Shown in pieces: positions 20,841 through 30,567 of a stretch of DNA of 42,059 nucleotides (within the stretch, counting starts at the first letter, position 1; each line of letters begins with the position of its first letter). This DNA is from Candidatus Heimdallarchaeota archaeon (GTDB lineage: Archaea > Asgardarchaeota > Wukongarchaeia > Wukongarchaeales > JBHIFL01), in contig JBHIFL010000037.1 in NCBI GenBank assembly GCA_046761065.1, positions 1 through 42,059 of the forward strand, in the 5' to 3' direction. The notes under the pieces were generated by a model, which did no database searches, was not told the origin of the DNA, and saw only the letters and a program-made list of their open reading frames with translations. Made by a program: the position numbers and the translations under genes.

Positions 20841-21386
20841 TTACTTCTTTTGAAACAAGCCTTCCAGGCAATAAACCGACAGTTTCTCGTGTACAGGACA
20901 TTTTGGTTCAAGATCACACATTGGACAAAGCTCTGGTGCCGTCATATGAAGTGTTCCAAAATTACCGTGAAGATCGTAAAGCAGTTTCAGATATTTTCCC
21001 TCTGCAATTCTAGGAATTCGATTTCGATTCTTGAGACCAAACCACTCATATAACCGTTTATCCCCCTTGCGGGAGTTACACTTCTTACAAACGAAAACGA
21101 TATTGCTTAGTTTTTCAGGACCTTGCCTTGACTGTGGAAGAATGTGCTCTTTAGTCAGCTTCTCCTTTTCCTCAGAACCACAGTAGATACACTTATCATG
21201 AACTTCCCTTTCCTTGATGTACTCGCGGATTGAGGTTGACCAATGGATTTCACCGCTTTTAAGCTTCTTGTATCGGTTCATTATGAACCCGTATTTCTTC
21301 TTCCCAAATCCCGCTGATTCCGCAATGATCTTGGCGTACTGCCAAAAAAGGAGGTCTTCGATCGTTTTAATAGCAGGTGGTGGCAT
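20841..21386 (-). CDS. HNH endonuclease with extra C-terminal Cys cluster
   Basis: CIYCG...EHILP...G....NIVFVCKKCNSRKG; tail CPMC....KCP......YCLE. Confidence 0.88.
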   Translation of the reverse strand: MPPPAIKTIEDLLFWQYAKIIAESAGFGKKKYGFIMNRYKKLKSGEIHWSTSIREYIKEREVHDKCIYCGSEEKEKLTKEHILPQSRQGPEKLSNIVFVCKKCNSRKGDKRLYEWFGLKNRNRIPRIAEGKYLKLLYDLHGNFGTLHMTAPELCPMCDLEPKCPVHEKLSVYCLEGLFQKK

Positions 21387-21517
21387 AGATATTCACTGGA
21401 TACTTCTCTTATTATAATCTATTGGCGCTCAAGTGTATTAAAATAGGGAATCGTAATAGAGTTCTTTCTCTTCCAATAAAAATGTAAATTACGATTACCT
21501 CCTTTAAGAGTATTGTT

Positions 21518-22939
21518 CTATGTGATCAGCCCCTTAAGGGGCGGCTTGAGGTCTGAGGGGATCGGCGACCGATATTCAATCCCTTTTGTGCGTTCAGCGA
21601 ACTCTTCATGAACTTGTGTTAATATTTCAGGTTGTGTAAAAAGGTCTATTATTGATGCAGCTAGGGTTTTCGTAGCGAAAAGTAATGATTTATGACCGAT
21701 ACTCATCCCACATTGAGCGACAAATTGCCACGAATGACCGGGAGTGCCCAAAATCCCTGTTACTGTGTTGAATTCCATGGTAGGGGTATTCCAGCTGACA
21801 TCAGCTACATCCGTTGAACCTCCACCCTTTATTCCTTCATCCCATGGATCTGGGATACTTTGATCTAGTAGGATATCCATCAGCTTCTCCCACCCTGGGC
21901 GTTTTGAGCGGCGCAAAAATTCACGTTTCTGCTCTGGTGTGATACTCTTGTTCAACTCGGCAGCCCATGCGAACTCCTCCTCGGTGTACGTGGGGGCACC
22001 GATCTTGCGCATATTTTTTGTGACAAGCGTGCCTAAGCGCTTGTTCGGTAGGGTGTTATAACAGCCACCTAGAAATTCGATTTTATGCGTCGTTCCCGCC
22101 ATAAGGTCTGCTCCTTTGGCGATGTTGAGAACCCATTTATAAATATGTTCGACTTGATCGCGTTCGGGGGCCCGAACATAATACCATGATCGAGCATAGG
22201 CAGGGATCACATTGGGCTCGTGGCCTCCATCTTCGATTACATAATGGATCCGAGCTTCCTGGACGATGTGCTCCCGCAAGTAGTTTACTCCGACATTCAT
22301 CAGCTCAACCGCATCAGTCGCGCCACGCCCTTCCGTGGGAGATCCGGCGGCGTGGGCTGCAGTCCCATAGAAATGGAATTTTACGGAGTTCATGGCGTTA
22401 CTACTTCGCAGAGGGGGCACATTGAATAAGCTTGGATGGTGGCTGAGGACAGCCTCCACGTTGCGGAAGACGCCATCTCGGACCATCAGTACTTTAGCAT
22501 CAAAGCTTTCTTCCGCGGGGCAACCGAAAAATTTTAACGTGCCAGGGATCCCCTTCTCTTCCATGACCACCCTTACTGCAATTGCAGCCGCCATCCCCGA
22601 CGTACCATGGATATTGTGCCCACACCCATGCCCTGGAGCGCCTTCTTCGACTGGATCTTTATAGGGCATGGCTTTTTGTGAAAGACCTGGGAGTGCGTCA
22701 AACTCCCCCATAATTCCTAAGACCGGCATACCAGAGCCGTAGCTCGCTACAAACGCAGTTGGCATCCCAGAAATTTCATGATGCACCATGAATCCCGCCG
22801 TTTCCAACTCTTGTGCGAGAAGTGCGGAGGATTTAAATTCCTGTAAGCCAACTTCAGCATATTTCCAGATTGTATCACTAAGTTCAATGATTCGTGCTTC
22901 ATTTTGGACGATCCAATTCAATGCCTCTTCTTTGGGCAT
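21518..22939 (-). CDS. M20 amidohydrolase, AbgB-like
   Basis: GEFDALPGLSQ, GHGCGHN, GCPAEE, AAHAAG.P..GR, PNVIP, GSTDVADVSW, PGHSWQ. Start set at MPKEEAL (22939). Confidence 0.92.
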   Translation of the reverse strand: MPKEEALNWIVQNEARIIELSDTIWKYAEVGLQEFKSSALLAQELETAGFMVHHEISGMPTAFVASYGSGMPVLGIMGEFDALPGLSQKAMPYKDPVEEGAPGHGCGHNIHGTSGMAAAIAVRVVMEEKGIPGTLKFFGCPAEESFDAKVLMVRDGVFRNVEAVLSHHPSLFNVPPLRSSNAMNSVKFHFYGTAAHAAGSPTEGRGATDAVELMNVGVNYLREHIVQEARIHYVIEDGGHEPNVIPAYARSWYYVRAPERDQVEHIYKWVLNIAKGADLMAGTTHKIEFLGGCYNTLPNKRLGTLVTKNMRKIGAPTYTEEEFAWAAELNKSITPEQKREFLRRSKRPGWEKLMDILLDQSIPDPWDEGIKGGGSTDVADVSWNTPTMEFNTVTGILGTPGHSWQFVAQCGMSIGHKSLLFATKTLAASIIDLFTQPEILTQVHEEFAERTKGIEYRSPIPSDLKPPLKGLIT

Positions 22940-23364
22940 ATTTCTTTTCCTCCTTTTCGAGTGTTCTATCTCTTCACAATCCAACACTTTGGATGCGCAT
23001 AAATCTTTTATCCCCCTAGGAACAAACAAACTCTTACCCTTATTTTTGTAGCCTGTCCATTTACAACAAGATAAATTAGTTAGTTTTTAGGTCTCCCTTC
23101 AAGGGGCTTAAAAGGGAGGCTAAAATGGGTTTCTTTAGGCTCTCATAATCCTAGAGCATGGTTCTAGGATGTTCTTGTGACTATTTTTCTTTCTACACAA
23201 ATTAACCGACCCAATCTCGTGATAAATCTATCTATGCGTCCTTTCTAAGAATTTAATCCGGCGCCTGCGAGCCGTGGCTTGGAGAAGCATAGTACATTTT
23301 CAATGTTGTTCTTCTCATCCGAGAGGAATGGTGTTCGGATGTCCAAAAGAAATGGAGGCGTTTC

Positions 23365-23843
23365 TCACCTCTCTGGGACCCTTTCGCGCCCGGTCATAAC
23401 ATCGACATCGAGCCGAAGCACCAGCGCACCTTCTGTGCACTGCAATTCTCCCCCCGGATTATACTTCTGGGTTATCAATTCTAGAGCTTCGAGATAGGCG
23501 GGCTTATCATTAGTGGTAAGAAAGTAAACGTTCCCAAAGCAGAGGACACTACGATACGAAGTAAATTGTTTGATTGGATTGTATCCGAGGAATTCGCTTA
23601 CTTCAAAACAGATCCGTGGATATGATTTCAAGATTTTAATTTTTCTTCCCTCTGGGGCAGAATGAATATAGATCTGATTTTTTTTGTAAGCAAATAAGAC
23701 TGGGATGACATAAGGCTCCCCCCATCATAAAGGCCCATTCGTCCCACCTTCCCCCGAATTAACACTTGTTCCATTTTATTTCGATCTTGGATTTCCCATT
23801 CCTTTTTGCGCATTTGATATTTTCGATGGATCATCTTTTTCAC
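23365..23843 (-). pseudogene. Pyridoxamine 5'-phosphate oxidase-like (NimA-type) flavin-binding protein, frameshifted
   Basis: MRKKEWEI...VGRMGLYDG joins EPYVIPV.F.Y....IYIHSAPEGRK...NPRICFEV-like...YRSVLCFG if one base is added to the C6 run at 23718-23723. Confidence 0.8.
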
Positions 23844-24038
23844 TCTTCGATCGTCTTTTTCCTCTCTTTTAAAACTTTTAGAAGATGAAGCAAAGGTCTA
23901 AATAAGCCAATTTTTATCCGGCTTAAAGGTTGGTAGTAGGCACAGATGCCATCTATAATTGACTTATTAATATTATAGGTTCTTCTGACTGCTCCCAACC
24001 CTAGAATTGACTGTCAGAAAAGTATATCAGCTCGGATA

Positions 24039-24428
24039 TTAATTATCAATAATTTTTAAACGTAATGCTGACCAAGTATCGTCAACAGATATCATCGCAA
24101 CACCTTTGAGCCCGATGGATAATGCAAATTTGTTAATACTGTCTCTATTGATATCTACTTTCATTTTTGATGTTCCTTTAGGGTAGGTTACCCATAAAAG
24201 ACCTTTTAGAGTGAGGAATGATTTTAATCTAACTAACTGCTCCTCAAGTTCTTTTCTTGAAGTAATAAAAACTTGGATGAGATCAATAGAATCTTCAGGG
24301 CTTTTCAAGACTGTGACATTTTTCGGTATGTTTTCAAGTAAAGATTTGTAATTTTCGGGCTCGTTAACAAATAAAACACGGTAATTATCTTTAATAAAAA
24401 GTTTTTGAGCGACTGTTTTTTTTGACAT
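24039..24428 (-). CDS. DUF3052-like conserved hypothetical protein
   Basis: AQKL.IK, GLLWVTYPKGTS, DINRD, ISVDDTWSALR. Confidence 0.75.
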   Translation of the reverse strand: MSKKTVAQKLFIKDNYRVLFVNEPENYKSLLENIPKNVTVLKSPEDSIDLIQVFITSRKELEEQLVRLKSFLTLKGLLWVTYPKGTSKMKVDINRDSINKFALSIGLKGVAMISVDDTWSALRLKIIDN

Positions 24429-24696
24429 GAGTAAAGGTTGCCTATCATCCTCTTAAAAATTATACTACGTATTCCTATAATTAGAAACTATATAAAATCC
24501 AAAGCGCACAATCAGGAATTGATTAGGGTATTGAATAGAACAAGTTTAATACAGGAGATTGTTTTAAATTTCCACTTTTTAACTTCAAAGTGAATACTTA
24601 GAATTATTTTAGCTTAATAATAATAGATACCCTCAAAATAATATAGATGAGAGTTTTTATTTATCATAGACTAAAGATACCGCCACAAAATGGCAT

Positions 24697-24756
24697 CGAA
24701 AAGCTTATAAGAGGATGAAACGCCCAATCATTCGATATGAATCACAAAACATAACG
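24697..24756 (+). promoter_or_regulatory. BRE-TATA promoter followed by a ModE-like palindromic operator upstream of tupA
   Basis: CGAAAAG-CTTATAAG at 24697-24711; inverted repeat CGATATG-N10-CATAACG at 24733-24756. Confidence 0.6.
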
Positions 24757-24770
24757 TAATAGTGAGCTAA

Positions 24771-25760
24771 TTGGATAGTAAAACCAGAATTTGGGTATTT
24801 ATAACCAGTTTAATTGTGATTAGTGGTGTTAGTGCAACTTACTTTTTAGCAAGAACTCCAACCGCACCTGATGAATTATCACGGCTTGTCGTAGCGACCA
24901 CCACGAGTCTATATGACACTGGATTGCTTGATTCGATTGAGGATGTGTTTGAGACTGAATATCCCATAAAACTCTACTTTATAGCGACGGGGACAGGACT
25001 TGCCATCAATCATGCAAAACGGGGAGACGCAGATATGATCTTGGTTCATGCCCCTACAAAGGAACGCGCCTTCTTGGAGGAAGGGTATGGGGTATGTCGA
25101 AAAATAATCACTTACAACTTCTTTACGATTGTAGGTCCATCTGAGGATCCAGCACAAATTAAAAATTTACCTCCTATTGAAGCTCTAACTAAAATTATTA
25201 AGGCAGGACAACAAGAGGAGGTGATCTGGGTCTCGCGTGGAGATGATTCGGGTACACATAGTAAAGAAAAACAGCTATGGGCTAGTACAGGCTATAATTG
25301 GGACGAATTGAAAGAAGAAACATGGTTTGTGGAATCAGGGACAGGAATGGGGAAAACGCTTCAGATAACGAACGAATATCGTGGGTACACATTAGTGGAC
25401 ATGGGAACTTACCTCAAATATTCGATAGATAAATTGATCGAATTGGATGCGCTTGTCAGGAGTGGTAAGGAACTGCTCAACGTCTATAGTGCCATCATGG
25501 TAAACCCAACAGTCAACCCATCAGTCAATGATGAGGGAGCAATTGCGTTTATTAAATTCTTGGTCTCTGAGGAAGGACAGCAGCTTGTCAGTGAGTACGG
25601 TAAAAATATATATCCGGAGTTCCTCTTCTATCCAGTAGTCGGGCTTCTAAAGACTCAGAACAACCCGATGTTAGTAAGTTGGATTGAAGATATTGCATAC
25701 ATTGAAGGATCAGAATGCCCACCCGCATATTGGGATGCTCACCCTGAACTTTATGAGTAA
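24771..25760 (+). CDS. tupA: Tungstate ABC transporter substrate-binding protein
   Basis: N-terminal TM anchor, ATTTSLYDTGLL, GTG.A, D.ILVHAP, SRGDDSGTH, LLNVY. Confidence 0.93.
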   Translation: MDSKTRIWVFITSLIVISGVSATYFLARTPTAPDELSRLVVATTTSLYDTGLLDSIEDVFETEYPIKLYFIATGTGLAINHAKRGDADMILVHAPTKERAFLEEGYGVCRKIITYNFFTIVGPSEDPAQIKNLPPIEALTKIIKAGQQEEVIWVSRGDDSGTHSKEKQLWASTGYNWDELKEETWFVESGTGMGKTLQITNEYRGYTLVDMGTYLKYSIDKLIELDALVRSGKELLNVYSAIMVNPTVNPSVNDEGAIAFIKFLVSEEGQQLVSEYGKNIYPEFLFYPVVGLLKTQNNPMLVSWIEDIAYIEGSECPPAYWDAHPELYE

Positions 25761-25797
25761 CTATCCCTCAAATTATTGGAGGAGGTTGGCCTAGACG

Positions 25798-26490
25798 GTG
25801 TCAGAACTTCTAGAAGGATTAATCCGGGCTGTAGAGTTAATTGTAACTTTGGATCCAACTGTCATGGATATTACTGCTAGATCGATTCTTGTTTCAGGGA
25901 CAGCTATGTTGCTTGCAGCGAGTTGGGGGTTACCATTGGGAATTTTCATAGGGCTAAAGGACTTTCCGGGGAAAATGCTCATAAAAGGGCTAATAAATGC
26001 GATGATTGGCATCCCAACTGTAGCACTCGGATTAATACTTTATCTCATCTTTTCAAGAAAGGGGCCTTTAGGAGCTTTCCGCCTCCTATATACTCCTTAT
26101 GCCATCATGATTGGGCAAGCAATTTTAATCACACCGTTGATGGTCAGCTTCATCACCACCGCGATTGAGGCGGTTGATCCGGCAATAATAGAGCTAGCGA
26201 AGACCCTGGGGGCCTCTGAGATCCAAGCATCTCTGGCAGTTCTAAGGGAGGGCCTCAACGGGGTCTTTCTTGCGCTTGTCGCCAGCTTTAATCGAGCAAT
26301 TGCAGAGTTGGGAGTTGCCCTAATGCTGGGAGGAAATATTCGCGGCATTACCCGTGTCTTGACGACTTCGATTGCATTACAGACCACTAGAGGTGAAATT
26401 ATCTTTGGAGTGGCATTAGCTATCATATTACTCTTTATCGTCTTGGTGATAAACATTACAACTAACTTACTTCAGAGGCAGCGGCAATGA
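25798..26490 (+). CDS. tupB: Tungstate ABC transporter permease
   Basis: PTVALGL.LY...SRKGPLG...LLYTP, EAA-like loop AKTLGAS, AELG..LMLGGNI...TRVLTT. Confidence 0.93.
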   Translation: MSELLEGLIRAVELIVTLDPTVMDITARSILVSGTAMLLAASWGLPLGIFIGLKDFPGKMLIKGLINAMIGIPTVALGLILYLIFSRKGPLGAFRLLYTPYAIMIGQAILITPLMVSFITTAIEAVDPAIIELAKTLGASEIQASLAVLREGLNGVFLALVASFNRAIAELGVALMLGGNIRGITRVLTTSIALQTTRGEIIFGVALAIILLFIVLVINITTNLLQRQRQ

Positions 26491-27548
26491 CATGGCAGGT
26501 TGAGTTCAATGACCTCACTAAAACCTATGGACCCATCGCAGCGCTGACCAAGGTCAACTTGCAAATTCGACGAGGCGAGATCTTTACGCTATTAGGTCCA
26601 AACGGGTCTGGCAAAACTACTGCCCTCCGGATTATGGCAGGTATTGACACACCAACAAGTGGAGCATATTATTTTGCAGGTGAAAAGGTAACAGAGGCCA
26701 TCCGGAGTAAGGTATGTATACAGAGCACCTTAATCTTTCAACGAACCATTCTTTTCAACACAACAGTCTACAAGAACATCGCCTATGGGTTGATGTTAAG
26801 AGGTTGGCCTAAAACGGAGATTTCCAAAGAGATCAAAGCCGTTCTCAAATTAGTGAAACTCGAGGGATTTGAAAAACGGGCGGCAAAACACCTTTCAGGT
26901 GGAGAACAGCAACGAGTGTCCTTAGCGCGAGCTTTAGTGCTCAAAACAGACCTCTTGTTACTGGATGAGCCCACTGCTAATCTTGATCCGCAAAGCACCG
27001 CCATCATCGAAGAGACCATTACCCGGGTTAATCAAGATCATGAAACCACGATAGTATTAGCTACCCACAATCTTTTTCAAGCGGAAACGTTAACAGAACG
27101 GGGTGCCATCTTTATACAAGGACGAATATTCGAAATTGGAAAACTTCAGGAGCTCCTCAGGAAAGCCTCCCCTGCAGCACAACATTTTGTGCGGCTAGAT
27201 AACCTTTTCACCGGGCCGTGCCAGGTCCTCCCAGACGGGACATCCCGTATTAACATTGGAAAAAAGCTTTATGTAGAGGCAGCATTTCAACACTCAGGAC
27301 AAACCACGATCTACATCCGACCCGAGGATATCGTCCTTGCTATAACACCTTTCACGTCTTCGGCCCGTAATGTTTTCTCCGGTAAGATAATAGTAATTGA
27401 GGATCAAGAAACAAATGTTCGGCTCCGTGTGGATGTAGGAAAGCCTTTTACAGTTCAGATCACCAGAAAGTCCTTCGAAAAACTTCAACTTAAATTAGGT
27501 ACTCCTGTTTACCTTATTTTCAAAGCGTCCTCTGTACATCTAATCTAA
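26487..27548 (+). CDS. tupC: Tungstate ABC transporter ATPase with TOBE domain
   Basis: GPNGSGKT, LSGGEQQR, LLLDEP, C-terminal SSARN...ITRKS...L..G..V...FKASSVH; ATGA overlap with tupB. Confidence 0.92.
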   Translation: MTWQVEFNDLTKTYGPIAALTKVNLQIRRGEIFTLLGPNGSGKTTALRIMAGIDTPTSGAYYFAGEKVTEAIRSKVCIQSTLIFQRTILFNTTVYKNIAYGLMLRGWPKTEISKEIKAVLKLVKLEGFEKRAAKHLSGGEQQRVSLARALVLKTDLLLLDEPTANLDPQSTAIIEETITRVNQDHETTIVLATHNLFQAETLTERGAIFIQGRIFEIGKLQELLRKASPAAQHFVRLDNLFTGPCQVLPDGTSRINIGKKLYVEAAFQHSGQTTIYIRPEDIVLAITPFTSSARNVFSGKIIVIEDQETNVRLRVDVGKPFTVQITRKSFEKLQLKLGTPVYLIFKASSVHLI

Positions 27549-27598
27549 ATTTCATATTAAAATGTGTATGAGAGAGTTAAGTGAACCATACAAAAAGA

Positions 27599-28474
27599 TT
27601 AAAAATGTTTTTTGAGGATTTGCGCCTCTTTCCAGAGCAGTTTAAACATGTATTCCAATTGTCTTGAAAAAGGGGTGCTTTTTATCCGAAGCGCAAATTC
27701 TATGTCCCCATTTGTCGGATTGGTGAAAAAGAGGTAGGATACTTCTTTGTCTATCACTGCAAAAGGTTGTTGTATCCCTTTGTAAGTTCTGAGTTGAATC
27801 TTTCCTGCGTCGATATGCTGTTGAACTTCCGCTCGAAAGGGATTTACCTTTTCGATAAAGACAATTTCGTCCGGAATGAGATGTTTAATGGAAATCTGTT
27901 CGGTTTTTCTCTTTGCATAGGCTTTAAAAATTTTCTTCCAGGATCTAAAATTCGGATTGGCAGTCATCGATATGCAGATTTGTTGTTCTGCCTTCTGAAT
28001 GTCTTCAATTATCATCTTTGTAAGGTGTTGAACGTTCCCAATTCGCAATACTGTGTGAATTTCTTCTACATCCTTACGCCCTTTAAGAACCTTTGTCAAG
28101 TGGTCTTGGAGGCGTGATGCTTCGGTTTGTCGATTTTCTAAGTCATTCTTCAATTGTTTAAATCGATTTTCAAATGCCTCAGAAGGAGGAAGGGCTCGAT
28201 ATTGTGTTGGTCTAGACACAATTTGGACTACCATCCCTTTGGCTTCAAGACGCCGTAGAGTATCGTAACATCTTGACCGGGGAACCGAACTTTTCTCAGA
28301 GATATGCTGAGGTGATAACGACTCAAAATTCAGCAGAGTAAGGTAGATTTGGGTTTCATACTTTGTCAATGAAAGTGCATATTGGAGGGTCTCGGATGTG
28401 GGCATAGCTTCAAACGAATTAGGATTATCTATCATAATTTCATGTTCTCCTTTTGTTACTACTTTCAGTGACAA
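27599..28474 (-). CDS. TrmB family transcriptional regulator
   Basis: LTKYETQIYLTLL...ISEKSSVPRSRCYDTLRRLEAKGMV.....PTQYRALPP, followed by a PLD-like effector domain (FAVID). Start uncertain. Confidence 0.9.
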   Translation of the reverse strand: MSLKVVTKGEHEIMIDNPNSFEAMPTSETLQYALSLTKYETQIYLTLLNFESLSPQHISEKSSVPRSRCYDTLRRLEAKGMVVQIVSRPTQYRALPPSEAFENRFKQLKNDLENRQTEASRLQDHLTKVLKGRKDVEEIHTVLRIGNVQHLTKMIIEDIQKAEQQICISMTANPNFRSWKKIFKAYAKRKTEQISIKHLIPDEIVFIEKVNPFRAEVQQHIDAGKIQLRTYKGIQQPFAVIDKEVSYLFFTNPTNGDIEFALRIKSTPFSRQLEYMFKLLWKEAQILKKHF

Positions 28475-28568
28475 AAATTATATTAAGGTTTATATTGTAA
28501 TCTTTTCTTCTCTCACCTTTTCTATATCTTTTTTGAAAAAAAAATTTCAAAAAACTAGAGGTGCTGAT

Positions 28569-29282
28569 TTGACAACCTATGGAATCCTTCCCTTCTTTAC
28601 TACTCTGATCAGTGGGGCATTCACTATTTCGGTTTTTTTACAGTATAGGCGACGCAAGAAGACCCATCAACTCGTCTGGGCGATAGCTTTAGCAATATTT
28701 TGTGTTACTGCTTTCTTTGAAGCGTATTCCGAAATATTCGATTGGAATAGTCCCGTTTACAAGGCGTACTATGTTTTAGCTGCTGTTCAGGTCTTGATCC
28801 TAGGAAGTGGAACGGTCTACCTTTTACACGATAAGAAAGTTATCGGAAATGCCTATGTACCACCCTTGTTTTTAAGCTATGGACTTGTGGTTGGCCTTAT
28901 TATGTCATATAAGGTGGCTACGACTTCTGTGTATGTTGAAAAGTTTGTTAAAGGGATTATTGTCGCTGGAACAGCGATGCCTGACAGTGCCCGGAGTTTT
29001 TCCCCCCTTTTGACAATTCCTGGCTCGATTGCTTTAATTGGGGGAGCATTATATTCGTGGATCAAAATTCGCCGACGATTTAACCTTTATATCGCACTTG
29101 GTGCCTTGATTGTGGCGATGTCTGGAGGAATTGCACGAATGGGCATAACCGATGCTATATACCTTGGTGAGATGATCGGGGTTACCCTGATGTACTTCGG
29201 GTTTTTGGAAAGTGATAGAATCCTGAAACGGAGAGAAAAAAAGAAAGCAGAAAGGAATGTTGTGGTTACGATCGAAACATAA
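28569..29282 (+). CDS. Multi-pass (about 7 TM) membrane protein
   Basis: TTG start after a GAGGTG RBS; ~7 hydrophobic segments. Confidence 0.75.
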   Translation: MTTYGILPFFTTLISGAFTISVFLQYRRRKKTHQLVWAIALAIFCVTAFFEAYSEIFDWNSPVYKAYYVLAAVQVLILGSGTVYLLHDKKVIGNAYVPPLFLSYGLVVGLIMSYKVATTSVYVEKFVKGIIVAGTAMPDSARSFSPLLTIPGSIALIGGALYSWIKIRRRFNLYIALGALIVAMSGGIARMGITDAIYLGEMIGVTLMYFGFLESDRILKRREKKKAERNVVVTIET

Positions 29283-29536
29283 CATGGCAAATACTCCAGA
29301 TAAAAATCAGTCATTAATCTATTGAACATACTTATCAGGAATTATTTTCTTTTTTCCAATTTCTAATGGAAAAGTCTGATAACTTTTGTCGAGATATATG
29401 TAAATCCATTTTGTGAGTTATTCCTGAAATGTGAAATTTATCAATATCTGAAGTTTTATTTGGAAAAACAATAAAAAAAATAATAGGTATCAATATAATA
29501 TCTAGTTACAAAAATAATATAAAGGGTTTGATTACT

Positions 29537-29626
29537 ATGTCAGAAAAGAAATTCACATGTAAAGCATGTGGTATGACATTTAAAACAATGGAAGAACTAG
29601 AAAAGCATAAGAAAGAAAAGCACTAG
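29537..29626 (+). CDS. 29-aa single C2H2 zinc-finger microprotein
   Basis: MSEKKFTCKACGMTFKTMEELEKHKKEKH* fits F-x-C-x2-C-x3-F-x5-L-x2-H-x4-H; below the ORF-track cutoff. Confidence 0.8.
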   Translation: MSEKKFTCKACGMTFKTMEELEKHKKEKH

Positions 29627-29869
29627 TTACAATCAATATCCAGTGAAAATTCGAATCATACAACTTATTTCCTTTTTTTATAGTTGATTTTACAAGCACT
29701 TTTGATATCGCTATTATTGCCTTTTTACGTTAGTACTTTTGTTTTTAACTTTCCATGAGACTGGAATCAATGATGATCCCAATCATTAACTTTCAAGATA
29801 TACTTTTTTGGTATGTTGGATAATACTTGTCCATAGAAAATCCAACAAGTAAACTCATGGATTGCAAAG

Positions 29870-30565
29870 ATGATTTACCAGGTGGACGAACTGAAAGCAG
29901 TGATTTTTGATTTAGATGGGACATTGGTTAAGACGTCTCTTGATTTCTGGGGAATGAAAGAAGCGGTGATTGAATACTTAGTTAACCTTGGGCTTAACAA
30001 CAGTTCTTTGAATACCACTCAGACCACTAATGAACTGATTCAGAAGGGGATTGCCTTTTTAAAGACGAAAGGAGCATCCAAAACGGAGATCAGGGGAATC
30101 TTAACAGAAATCAGTGAAATTATGAATCAATTTGAATTGGATGGCGTAGAGCATACAGTGGTAATAAGAGATGCTCAGAACGTGTTAAACCGTTTAAAGC
30201 ATCAAGGTTTCAAGATAGGTGTTTTAACTAGAAGTTGTGAAGCATACGCCATCAAGGCCCTTGAATTGTGCAAAATACGCGAATTTGTTGAGGTAATAGG
30301 AGTTCGAACAGACCCTCGGAAAGCTAAACCCAATCCGGAAGCGGCTTTACAAGTCTGTGCAAGTTTAGGGGTTGAACCCCACGAAGCGATCTTGATCGGG
30401 GATCATCCAATGGATCTGAAGTGTGCAAAAGACGCGGGAATGGATTTTATAGGGATTCTTGGAGGAGCTTCTAGTGAAGAAACCTTGAAAAAGGCTGGAA
30501 CTGTGCATATTGCCAAAAATCTAACTGATGTGGAAAAAATGCTAGATTCCACTGCTTCGGATTAA
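29870..30565 (+). CDS. HAD family hydrolase (phosphoglycolate phosphatase-like)
   Basis: IFDLDGTL, VLTRS, KPNPE, IGDHPMD. Confidence 0.92.
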   Translation: MIYQVDELKAVIFDLDGTLVKTSLDFWGMKEAVIEYLVNLGLNNSSLNTTQTTNELIQKGIAFLKTKGASKTEIRGILTEISEIMNQFELDGVEHTVVIRDAQNVLNRLKHQGFKIGVLTRSCEAYAIKALELCKIREFVEVIGVRTDPRKAKPNPEAALQVCASLGVEPHEAILIGDHPMDLKCAKDAGMDFIGILGGASSEETLKKAGTVHIAKNLTDVEKMLDSTASD

Positions 30566-30567
30566 TC

